From contig PS015156.1 of NCBI GenBank assembly GCA_048213135.1, forward strand, positions 3,318-57,415: a stretch of DNA of 54,098 nucleotides, given 5' to 3'. This DNA comes from Reclinomonas americana ATCC 50394 (taxonomy: Eukaryota). The notes beneath the pieces were generated by a model that had not been told where the DNA came from, made no database searches, and worked only from the letters and a program-made list of their open reading frames with translations. Positions 40,401 to 51,808 of the stretch are shown here, in pieces; position 1 is the stretch's first letter, and the number at the start of each line of letters is the position of its first letter. Position numbers and translations under genes: made by a program.

Positions 40401-41082
40401 CTGCTGTTGTCGTTGTTGGGGTGGTAGTGCTGGCGGCGCAGCGAGGCGGTCGAGCAACTCGGCCACTTGCTGGCGACCAAAGAGGCGTGCCCTCTGAGCC
40501 GCCGTCTTGCCCTCATAGTCGACAATCGGGACGAGGTCGGGAAAGCGAGCGGCGAGGAGGCAAACAATGGCTTCGTGGCCCCAGGCGGCAGCAAAATGCA
40601 GTGCGGTGGAATGTGGATTCTTGTGACGATCATTGGTGACCGCCCGCACCATCTCCGGCGGACATCGTCGCTCATCGGCCAGCAGCCACTCGACCACTTG
40701 CAGACACCCTTCAGCGGCAGTAACCATCAGTGGCGTCATGCCATAGTCGGTGACCACCAGTGCGAGTTCCGGACCGACGCCACTCTCCTCCCACAAATAC
40801 TCCAACACAGAGAGATGGCCTTCGTGAGCGGCATAGAAAAATGCCGAGCCGTTATTACGCATCTCATCTCTCTTCAGGAGAGTGCGTGCGCCCTCACGTG
40901 CCACCAACTCGCGCAGTGCCTTCACATCGCCAAGCAAAGCCATCTCCCAAGCTTTCAGCCTGCAAAACGCAACAACAAGCAAAGAGAGTGAGTTTGCACA
41001 GAGCGATCAGACTGCAAACAACAGATCCCAGGCACGCGCACCTCTTTCCTCCACCGTTGCCTCTGTTCTGTGCAGCACTCAT
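37468..41082 (-). CDS. Ankyrin / coiled-coil / IRAK-Pelle-type kinase, copy 4
   Basis: Same structure; ankyrin exon 40959-40382; catalytic motifs intact. Confidence 0.88.
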
Positions 41083-41674
41083 TCTGCACACACTCACAGG
41101 GCTCCACACACAAGGGTGATCACAAGGGCGGGAGTTGGCGGAGTGACGAGAGATGATCGTCCTGCAGGTTTTTCCGATGTCGACGTCTCTCTTCTTCAAC
41201 ACTAAAATTCACTGCCTCGCCTCACCGCAGAGCTGTAGTGCTCGTGAATGTTCACAGCAGCTGCCTCAGACGCGCAGGGTGCCAATTGTGTGCCGACGTC
41301 GATACTGTTTTCGACGTCGCGCAGCGTGCGCAAACAATCACTTCATACACCACATTCCAAATGCGACAAACGCCCACAAATCCCTTGCCGATTGCGACGA
41401 TGACCTTGGCACACCAACAATATTCAAACACATAATTACTCTCTTCTCTAACAGTCATCTTCCCTTTCTGGAGACAAAGCCAATTAAAGACGCGTGTTGG
41501 CCTCGACTGGATCTCATGGCGCAAATGGTGTCAGCGGCCTACGGAACTCATCTGCGATGAAAGTAAGCATCGTAAATGGCCACTCTTATCCCCCCTACCC
41601 CCTCACCCCTCTCAACCTCTTCTCCGTCAACCTCAGACTCTCACCATCGCTCCCACCGCCGCGCAAATTCACCT

Positions 41675-42661
41675 CTATGAGAGAATCTCTTGACGCTGCT
41701 GAAGATCGGCCAGCGCGCTGCGCAAATGGTCGAGCTCACGGGTGAAAGCATCAGCCTGCTCCTCCAGTTCTCGTTCCGCCTGCTCAAGCTTCCGTCGCTG
41801 CTGCTCGAATTCTTCCTCACGCTGCTCACGCTCCTCACGGTACGCAGCACGCTCACGTTACAAAAGTGCAATGAGCGCGTCCTTGCCTGCCGCGGCCGCC
41901 TGCACGACACAGCGAGGGGTGAGGCAATGAACGAGAGGCGCCAACAATGGAAAAAAGGTCACCTGCTGCAGCGATGACTTCAGCAAAGCGTGTGGACCAA
42001 CATGTCAAGGATCATCGCTTAACCTTCATCGAGCAGCTCAACAACCCGCCGTTTCCCGCCCTCACGCGCCATCGCAGCCGCCGTTCTGCCACTCTTGTCC
42101 ACCGCACCGACAAGATCGGGAACGCGTGCGACAAGGAGCTCCACCACTGCCTCATGACCTTGCATGGCCGCCCAATGCAACGCCGTGAACCCGTCACAGT
42201 TGACCGCTCGCGCCTCACACCGCCGCTCATCAGCAAGCAACCACTCCACCACGCGCACTTGTCCCTCGGCCGCAGCATCCATCAGTGGAGTCGATCCACA
42301 GTCGTTCGCCATGTGTGCCAGCTGCGGACCGACACCACTCTCCTCCCACAAGTACTCCAACACTGAAAGGTGGCCGTAGGAGGCGGCGTAGGCAAATGCA
42401 GAGCTGCCGCTGTTTGTTTCCTCTTCTTGTAGGAGAATGTGGGCGCCTTCACGTGTGACTAGCTCGCGCAGTGCGTCCACGTTGTTGGCCTCTGCCATTT
42501 CCCAGGCGGGTGGTCTGGTGTGAGGGAAAGAGAGGGAGAGGGAGGGAGAGAGGGGGGAGGGAGGGGGAGTGGAGTGACAGAGAAAGAGAGTGGGCAGAGA
42601 GAAAGAGGGTGAGTGAGGGGAGAGCGAACCTCTCGGACGGTGCATTCTGCTCGGCAGCCAT
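41675..42661 (-). pseudogene. Divergent copy 5: ankyrin + coiled coil, premature stop, no intact kinase
   Basis: Short first exon (MAAEQNAPSER, ATG at 42661) and open ankyrin exon 42514-42024. The coiled-coil exon (AAAAGKDALIALL*RERAAYREEREQR...) has an in-frame TAA at 41858-41860 where copies 1, 2 and 4 have Gln. It could still encode an ankyrin-only protein. Confidence 0.7.
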
Positions 42662-42967
42662 TGCAACAGAGAAACTGTCCTGCATGCGTTCTGGATCGTC
42701 GGAACATTCAGGGAATGAACGTCCTTTGCCAGCGTTGGGTGGTGCGGCAAGTACGACATGCAGAATGGGAGCACACGGGAGAGGGGGTATGACGTCGACG
42801 TCGACGATGCTGAAGTTTGTGGTGGTTCGGCGTCAGCTGAAAGCCGGCTCACCAGTGGCCACCAGAACTTGTGCTGACAAAGCGCTGATGCCTGAGCCCC
42901 ATCGAAAGCTTCGACTCAGACGGGAGAGCATCTCTCTGCGTTGTCTGCATGACTTTATAAATTTACT

Positions 42968-43949
42968 TCAAAGCTCCTTCATGAGCCCACTCAGCTTCTC
43001 TCGGAGATCCCGCATTGCCGACAGGAATAGCGACGCGCATCTGCACAAAAGAATGAGAGGCAGCCCAACCGCATCCCTTCCCATCTCTTCTCGCCGCAGA
43101 CGCAACTGCATATCTCACAGTGTCGGTCGACTGTACTGATCGTTCCCGTCTGCGCAGCACTTGCACCAGATTCACCTCGAGTGTAGGGACGCTGCTGGTG
43201 GCAGGTTCGGGGACGCACAATGACACGCAATGCAAGTCAGGAAACGAGAGACAACAGCTAATGAAGACAACGAGAGACAAATATACCTGGAGGTGGCTGG
43301 TCTTGTCGATGTGCTGGTGCTGGCTGCGGAGAGAGGCGATCGAGCACCTCAGCCACCTGGTGGTGGTCGTTGTCGCGTGCCACCTCAGCAGCTGTCTTGC
43401 CTTCCTTGTCAACCATGGGTACGAGGTCGGGGAAGCGAGTGGCAAGGAGTTGCACAATGGCTTCGTGGCCACTCCAGGCAGCGAAATGCAGCGCAGTCCA
43501 CTGTTCATAGTCGACTACCTCTGACGCACATCGTCGCTCGTCGGCCAGCAACCATTCCATCACATGCAAATGTCCTTGCTCGGCAGCTACCATCAGTGAT
43601 GTCAAGCCATAGTCAGTGACCAACTGTGCGAGTTGCGGCCCGACGCCACTCTCCTCCCACAGATACTCCAACACAGAGAGGTGGCCTTTCCACGCGGCAC
43701 AGTAGAATGCCGAGGCGCCCTCATCCATCTCCTCCTTGTTCAGCAGAATGTGCGTGCCCTCACGCGCAACCGACTCGCGCAGTGCCCTCACATCGCCGTA
43801 ATAAGCCATCGCACATGCTCTCAGCCTTTTACCATGAAGCAGCCAGTGTGCGTTCCATAAGACTGACATCGAAACAACGAATTGCACATGCACACGCACC
43901 TCTCATCGCCACCACGTGCATCCTTGCCTCTGCTCCGTGCGGCACTCAT
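42968..43949 (-). pseudogene. Copy 6: intact ankyrin exon, internal deletion of the coiled coil and nearly all of the kinase
   Basis: First exon MSAARSRGKDARGGDER (ATG at 43949) and open ankyrin exon 43825-43287. It then passes almost directly into sequence homologous to the last two kinase exons (...[15 protein letters not shown], stop 42968-42970). Confidence 0.7.
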
Positions 43950-44254
43950 TCTTGAACACACAAACAGCTGACCGCGTTGTCCTGCATGATTGTTCCGATG
44001 AAGTCACGTCGCGCTTCATTGCAATGCAGTGGTGCATCTTAGTAGCAGACGCACGAAGCCAACAGCAAGTGCACTTTACCGACTGCGACGTTTCCATCTC
44101 CTGCTTGAGATTGAGCTGGCTCGTTCCGACACCTCGCGATCGAGCTCGGTCTCAGCAGCCGTAGCTGGTTGCTCTGCAGTCAAGTGAAATTCACAGCCGA
44201 AGCGCAGCCTGCGCTGGCCGCCGAACGCGGCCTCGTGGTCATCTGCAATGGCCA

Positions 44255-44355
44255 CTCTTACTTGCGCTGACAAAGTGCTGATGCCTGAGCCCCATCAACG
44301 AGGATGCATTTCTCTGCAGCTGCGTTGTCTGCATGACTTCACTTTAAAGCTCCTT
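44255..44355 (-). repeat. 3'-end remnant of a further array unit
   Basis: gctgacaaagtgctgatgcctgagccccatc...tgcgttgtctgcatgactt...aaagctcctt matches 42870-42980, the 3' flank and stop region of copy 6. Confidence 0.7.
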
Positions 44356-44439
44356 GAACAGGGAAAGGATGCATGAAGGGTCCTCTTTGTCATGCAATGC
44401 ATTTTTCCGACTTACTTTTTTGTTTATCTTTTTTCTCAC

Positions 44440-44569
44440 ATGTCGATTGCTGAGGATCTTGCCGGGCACTTTGTGGAGGTTCCTGCCACGCAGATTGGGC
44501 GGGTTATTGGTGCAGTTGCGTTTTTATGTGAGAAAGGGGGAGGGAGGAGAGTGGGGAGAAGGGGAAGGA

Positions 44570-44606
<37 letters not shown>

Positions 44607-47600
44607 AGGGAGGGATAACCCGCATTGCATTCGTTGCATGCATGATCAATTCTTGTCTCTTTCTGCATCACTCACTTCATCGCTATTGCGGTTTGCTCTG
44701 CACAGAAAGGCGCTCATGTGCAGGAACTGGAGTCGACTTACGGAGTGGTGCTGCGTGTGCCCGGGCGAGGAGCCGTGGGACCGGTGTCTGTCAGTGGACC
44801 GTGAGTGGTGGAAGAGGAAGATGGGGCGAAGAGGGTGGACATAAGGAGAGAGGGGAAGAGAAGGGAGATAAAGAGAGAGAGAAGGAGGAATGAGGGCGAG
44901 AGAGGGGGTGCAAAGAGAGAGAGAGAGAAGGAGGACAGAGAGTGAGAGCGAGAGGTAAGGGAGGAAGAAGGAGTAAGGGGGAGAGAGAAAGGGAGGAAAG
45001 AGAGCGAGAGAGAGAGGGTGGGTGGAGTTAAAGAGAGAGAGGAGGAGGACAGAGAGCGAGAGCGAGAGAGGTAAGGGAGGAAGAATGAGTAGGAAGGGGA
45101 GGGGAGCGCCTCTTCTGCCCTATTTCCAGCCCCGCCCTCTTTGAGAACGCCCTGAAGATCGTCACAAACCCCCTTCCTCTCTCATCCTCTTCTCCCTCCA
45201 CAGTGAACGCGGCTGCTGTGACGCCCTGCTGGCCATCCTCCGTGCCGCGGGAGATAATGTACGAGTCGCAGTGCAGATGCCGTTTGTGAACATTGCCGGC
45301 GACGTGACGGCCTTTTTTGGTGCGTTGAGCTCTGATCGTCTTACTCGCAGTCGCTGACTCACTGAGCTGTCTCCGTGCCTTGCGCAGCCGACTTGAAGGT
45401 TTGTATCTTTGTGAGGGACCTCCTCTCTCTCTCTCTCTGTGGTTGTTCCTGTTTGGTGCTTGAGGAAGCTCTCATTTCAGTGCTTGCTCACTTGCGAACT
45501 AAGCGCATTTCCTCCTCTACTCTCTCATCTTCGGTTGCGTACTTTCATGTCTGGTGGCGCATCTGTCAGATACCTACTCTCGTTCTCTTTTATTCCCCCT
45601 ATTGGAGCGTGAATGCAGCTCTTTCTGAGCTTGCACTTGTCGTTGTGTTCTGTTCGACCTAGCACTCGCCTTCAATTCATTCTTCCCCTCTTTCCCCCTT
45701 TCCCCCTCCCTCCCCCCCCATCCCACAGCCCGACCTCGAAGGCATCCACGTCGTCGACAGCGAAATGAAAGTCGCCGTCGTCTCCGGCGAATCGGCCATC
45801 GTGCGCAAGCTCCTCTTCACCTACATTATCCAAGCGGCGCCGTGGGGACGAGGTGGGCGCGCCTTTCTCTTGATACCCTCTTATCTTTGCTCACTTCTTC
45901 GACAGGCGAGTACGCCTTTGTCGAGTACTTTGTGCCGTCGGCCCGCGTGGGCCGCATCATTGGACCGCAGGGCTCGGTGATCCGCGACATGCAGCAGGCC
46001 ACCGGTGCCAACATTCAAGTGCTGCAGCCGAGTCGCGGCCGACAAGGCGCCGACGAGCACGTGGTGCACGTGACAGGTCCGCCGGCGGCCGTGCGCGCGG
46101 CGTGCCAGCGCGTGGAGGCGGCGTCGGGGGTGGTGAGTGAAGGAGAGAGAGTGGACGAGAGGCAAGAGACCGGAGAGTTGAATGTGTGTGCGCATACTCG
46201 CAGGCTGACCTTCACGGCACCGCGATCTTGGCGCCGCCGGGTGCACCACCGGCAAACACCGTGTCGTCGTCGTCGTCGTCGTCTGACGCGTCTGTCCCAA
46301 CGGCTGCCGCCGGAGGTGCCTCGGGATCTGGTTCCTTCCTCCCCACGCCGGGAGTTGCTTCCGCCGCTGCGACTCCGGCGGATCCGGGCGACACCTTCAC
46401 CGCCATTGGTGCGCTGCTAGTGGCCAGTTGCAATCACTTTTTGGAGAATGCCGGCACGCGAGTGGCCATCCGTGCCGACATGGCGAAACTGCAGCAGGCG
46501 TTGAAGCAGGCGCCAGGTGCGTACAAGGGGGAAGGGTGGAGTGGGAGATCATCCGAGGACGTGCATCTTTGCGTAGTTTTCATTGTCGTCTCTTGCGCTC
46601 TTTTGTCGTGCCCTTTTCGTTCCCTTTTGTGTTGAAGGGGGAAGGGCGGTGTGGGGAAATCCTCCAAGGACGTGCATTTTTGCGTAATTTTCCTTGTCGT
46701 CTCTTGCGCTCTTTTTTTGCCGAAGGGAAAAACAAAAAAACATTCACCGCCTTATCTCGTTTTCTGCCTGTCCCTCTCCCTTGTGTGTGTGTGACCGCAA
46801 GGCAACTGATGATTCTTTCTCTTGTGTCTTGATTCTCACTCTTCCCCATTCCCTTTCCCTTGCTTCCCTTTCCTTCCACAGACGTCACCTTCGCCTGCAC
46901 CAGCGCCCGCCGCCTCATGCACGCCACCGCCAAGAGCGCCCTCTCGCGAGGCGGCCTCGACCCGGAGTTGTTTGTCGACTGGATGAGCGACGTCGCCGAG
47001 TGCATTGCCATTGCCGAGCACAATGCGGTTCGTTACATAGTCATTTCTCTTTGCGTATTCTTGCTGAGTTTGCGGACACAGACCGCTCAACACGAATGCC
47101 TGTTCTTCCCCTCCGAGGCCTCGTACCTGCGTGTGCTCGAGGTGCTGAGCTCGGCGCACGTCTCCATGGACATTTGCGTGTTCACCATCACCGACGATCG
47201 CATATCCAACGCGGTGCTGCGTGCGCACGATCGCGGAGTGCGTGTTCGCGTCATCAGCGACGACGAGTGCCTGAAGCAGCGCGGCTCGGATGTGGAGCGC
47301 ATGGTGAGCAGAAAGTGGTGAAGTGGTTATTCTCGTTGTCATCTCACCGCTTGCGCCCAGGCGCGAGCTGGCATTCCGTGCCGTCCCGACGCCAATCCGG
47401 CCTCCCACATGCACCACAAGTTTGTGATTATCGATGGTGGTCGTGGTGAGTGGCAAAATAAGAACGGAGGTGTGTCGTGGAGGCCTTCTCACTGCGCATC
47501 GCCAGTGATGAACGGGTCGTACAACTGGACGCAGAACGCCTCGCACATCAACCGCGAGAATGTGGTGATTACGAGCGAGCCGTCGGTGGTCAGCGCTTTC

Positions 47601-47660
47601 CAGGATCACTTTAACACGCTGTGGGTGGAGTACCGAGCCAATGAGCTGCCGCGCAAGTGA
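44440..47660 (+). CDS. KH-domain RNA-binding protein fused to a single-HKD PLD6/Zucchini/Nuc-like nuclease domain (~522 aa)
   Basis: Exons 44440-44514, 44706-44800, 45204-45319, 45388-45398, 45729-45852, 45906-46132, 46204-46516, 46882-47027, 47082-47303, 47361-47445, 47506-47660 join in frame (1569 nt). KH1 VPATQIGRVIGAKGAHVQEL; KH2 VPSARVGRIIGPQGSVIRDMQQATGANIQV. PLD domain CLFFPS...MDICVFTITDDRIS...GVRVRVISD...HMHHKFVIID...NGSYNWTQNA...NREN. Confidence 0.85.
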
Positions 47661-48960
47661 TAAGAGGGGGAGGGAAAGAGAGCGGTGAAGGAGAAGTGAG
47701 TGGTAAAAGCCGTTTCTTCGATCACGCAAGCAACACTGAAGGATTGCGAGGAATTGTGAGGGAGGGAAAGGGGCAAAGGAACTTTGTGCTACTCCTGTCT
47801 GTTATTCACACTCGCACACCTGGACGCATTTGATGCACGAAGGCATGTGGATGAGGTGAACGGAATTACGCAGTCTCTCATGTACCAGAATCTGCAAGCT
47901 GATCTGGTCACCAACTTCACAACCCGTCAGAGCCTTGGTTGGTTATTGCCTTGTTTCGTCTTCCCTCTTCTCCCTGTCATTCCCTCTCCCCACTCTCAAA
48001 GCGTTTCTGTCTCCCTATTTGTGTGCGTGTGTGTGTGTCTCTCTCGCGCTCCCATTGTCAAAATCGTTCACATCAACGAACTGCGTGGTGCACAGAGCCA
48101 GTGAGTTTTGCGCTGCCCAGGGTCACCGCAACACAAGAAAATGCTGCCACACACACGAGCATCGCGCGAGACAAGGGAAGAGCTACAGCCGCAGACTACG
48201 TCGCGCTCCTCTTGCTCATATNNNNNNNNNNNNNNNNNNNNNNNNNNNNNNNNNNNNNNNNNNNNNNNNNNNNNNNNNNNNNNNNNNNNNNNNNNNNNNN
48301 NNNNNNNNNNNNNNNNNNNNNNNNNNNNNNNNNNNNNNNNNNNNNNNNNNNNNNNNNNNNNNNNNNNNNNNNNNNNNNNNNNNNNNNNNNNNNNNNNNNN
48401 NNNNNNNNNNNNNNNNNNNNNNNNNNNNNNNNNNNNNNNNNNNNNNNNNNNNNNNNNNNNNNNNNNNNNNNNNNNNNNNNNNNNNNNNNNNNNNNNNNNN
48501 NNNNNNNNNNNNNNNNNNNNNNNNNNNNNNNNNNNNNNNNNNNNNNNNNNNNNNNNNNNNNNNNNNNNNNNNNNNNNNNNNNNNNNNNNNNNNNNNNNNN
48601 NNNNNNNNNNNNNNNNNNNNNNNNNNNNNNNNNNNNNNNNNNNNNNNNNNNNNNNNNNNNNNNNNNNNNNNNNNNNNNNNNNNNNNNNNNNNNNNNNNNN
48701 NNNNNNNNNNNNNNNNNNNNNNNNNNNNNNNNNNNNNNNNNNNNNNNNNNNNNNNNNNNNNNNNNNNNNNNNAACCTGCCTTCGTCACTCTCTTCGTCTG
48801 CCTCCCTGTCTCCTACGCATCTCCAGATCGTGTATCGAGTAGCCAGCGACAAGTGCCTCCCAGGATCACACGTGTGAGACGTGCGAGACAATTAAACAAG
48901 AAGCAGCTATACTATGATTCTCTCCCTCCCCCTCTCCTTCTCCTCTCTCTCACTCCTTAT

Positions 48961-50037
48961 TCACACGGTGTCTCCTTGCTCCGCGGCCTTGTCCTCGCGG
49001 TAGCCCGCCACAGCACTCTGCATCATGACACGCTGCGCGAGGGCCTTGAACTGCAAGAAGTGTGAGTGAGAGCGAGAAATGGGAGATCACTGGGAGGGCG
49101 ACAAACCTCGTCGAACTCGATGACCCCGTTTCTGTTGCGATCGAGGACTGCACGAGAGAGGGAGGTTGAGAGGGAGAAGCAAGTGAAAGAGGGCGCTCAT
49201 TTGCACTCACCAAAGAAGGTCGCCTCGGCCATTTCTCGCGTCGGCGGTGCTGCGGCTTGTGATGGGAATTGTTGCACGAAGGCTGGGAAGGAGGGAAGGA
49301 GGGAGGGAGGGGAAGGGAGGGGAAAAGAGAAGGGTGGGTGGTGGAAGGGGAAGGAAGGGGAAGAGGGTGGGAAGGAGGGAAGGAGGGAGGAGAAAGCAAC
49401 GCAGAGAGGGCGAGTGATGGAAGGGAGGAAGAACCAAAAGAACAGAAAAAGAGAGAAGGTTGGAACGGAGACAGGAAGGCAAACGGAGAAGGTCAGAGAG
49501 GAAGAGAGGCAGAGAAGAAGGAGGAGGAGGGTGAATGATGAAAGGGAGGGCGAACAGAGGAGGGAGATTGAGGAACAGAAGGAGAGAGGAACAGCGCGCA
49601 AAAACTGCAAGGGAGGGAGGAGAAAGAGAGGCGGACAAGGAGGAGGAGGAGGGCGAATGGAGGGGGAAGAAGGGAGGGCCGAGGAGAGAGGAAGAAAGGG
49701 CACTAACTGTAAGGAAGGGAGGAGGGAGAGAGGGGGAGGAGGAGGAGGAGGGCGAATGATGGAAGGGAGGGCGAACGGAGGAGGGAGAAGAAGGGCGGGA
49801 CGAGGAGAGAGGAAGACCGACTGGAAGGGAGTGATGCATGAACAAGTGCCTGACTGAAACAGAGAGATTGCTGAAAGTCTCTCCCCTTTCTGTGAGTGAG
49901 TGAGTGTATGTGTGAGAATGAGTGGAGTACTGTGTGTGAGAGTGTGTGTGTGTGAGAGAGAGAAAGAGACTGAATGAATGTGTGTCTCTTCCAGGTCCTC
50001 TGTCATTCGCTCATTCGCTCACTCATTCGCTCACTCA

Positions 50038-50083
<46 letters not shown>

Positions 50084-50437
50084 CTCTCACACACACACTC
50101 CTCCTCTCTCTCTCTCTCTCTCTCCCTCTCTCACACTCACACTCACTCACTATCCCCACTCAACTCTGATGCACAGACAGCAACACGCCAAACAACTCCT
50201 CAAAGTCCAGCACTCCATTGCCATCCTACAGGAGAGCAGTAAGAGCACAACACACACACACAAACACGCGCGCGAAACACCCTTCTCACACTCAACTTGA
50301 TCTGCTGCACTGAACGCCGTCAACACCTCCTCATGGAAAGCATCAGTGAGGAAGTGCGCCTCCACCTCCTCGCGCAGCTGCAAGAGGCCCTCGTCGGACT
50401 CCTCCTCCAACTCGGTCGTGTGCGGTTGGTCGCACAT
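48961..50437 (-). CDS. Small two-EF-hand calcium-binding protein (~134 aa)
   Basis: Exons 50437-50297, 50225-50165, 49282-49211, 49147-49107, 49050-48961 join in frame (405 nt). Canonical loops DQDGNGVLDFEE and DRNRNGVIEFDE. Confidence 0.8.
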
Positions 50438-51808
50438 CACAGCAGTAAAGGTAATGAAAGGATGAATGGCGATTGGTTGGTTGGTCGGTGGTCTTTCGGT
50501 GAACGTGTTTCTCTTGGTCTCACTGGTGTGTGTGAGAGAGAGTGTCGCTGCAGTGAGTGAGGCTTTTTTTGCCTTGTCGAGAGGTGTACAACACAATACC
50601 GAACCGAACACGATGTGAGAATTATGAGGAGCGACAACAAGTATCCTGACGGCTATGCCGTCACGGCCGCTTTAGTGTGCGCGTGTACGTTGTGTGAGTA
50701 CTAGTCGCGCGAGTGTTGTACTGCTTTTGCACGGCAGAGCGATGGACCGGGGATGTAGCGTTTGATGATGATCATGACACGCTGCGCAACAACAACTTTA
50801 CTAATCCAAACAGCAACACAGCTGCATGATAACAACAACTTTACTAATCCAAACAGCAGCAGCTGCATAATGATCACCATCTTGAGTGAGCACCAGAAAC
50901 TCAGACATCATGATCACGTGAACACTGAGAGAAAGTCGAGATGGCTAATGCTGGCGTTTCTGCAAGAGAAACCACGGCTCATGACAAGCATGGATTTGAC
51001 GCCGAATTCCAAAAAGGAAACGAGAAAGATAGCAAAGTGTTGGTACCAGAACATATAGGGAAAACCAACAAAGCCAGGCAACGTGCAAGCAAGTCCGGGA
51101 AGGAACTGAGATGCACTAGAGAGGTTGTTGTTGGTGATGGTGTTGCTCACGGGAGTTGTCACTGCAGCTGTTGTTTTTGCTCGACGATGCTTTGTGGCTT
51201 GAGGTGATTGGAACATGGAGATCACAGCTGCATCGCCGCAAGGATAGTGCATCCGATCCCAAGCGTGCGAGGGAACTGCAGTGAAATCGTGCGATGGTCG
51301 AAACCACAACAAACTACTTCGCCAGCAAACTCCATGTCGACAACAACAGTTGCTTCGCGAATGCCAACAGCAACACAGCTGTCTACCCCATGCTCCTTTT
51401 GCTGCCATCCCATGCCCCCTTTTGCTACCTTCCCCTTCTCCCCTGTTGCTGTCTTCACCTTGCCCCTGTTGCTGTCCTCCCCTTCCCCATTTGCTGTCCT
51501 CCCCTTCCCCATTTGCTGTCTTCCCATTGCCCTGCTTGCTGTCCTCGCCTTGCCCCTTTTGCTCTCCTCCCCTTGCCCTTCTAGCTCTCATTCCCTTGCC
51601 CCTTTTGCTGTCTACCCCTTTCCCCTATCTTGCTGTCTTCCCCTTGCCCTTTTTGCTCTCATCCTCTTTCTTTTTGCTGCCACCCCTTCCCCCATTTGCT
51701 GTCTTCCCCTTGCCCCTTTTGCTTTCTTGCCCCTCTCTCCTTTTGCTGTCTTCCCCTTTCTTGCTGTCCTCCCCTTTCCCCCATTTGTGTCAGACAATTC
51801 CATTCGCC

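Noticed and set aside
41858-41860. In-frame TAA at a Gln position, hinting at a TAR=Gln genetic code
   Set aside because: It occurs only in a degenerate copy. TAA (6056-6058) and TAG (25068-25070) terminate other genes, and intact exons have no internal TAR.
47784-48900. Possible extra small gene between the nuclease and EF-hand genes; similar complex sequence at 11750-12400 and 50640-51360
   Set aside because: No recognisable motif or consistent exon chain; the first region is partly hidden by a gap.
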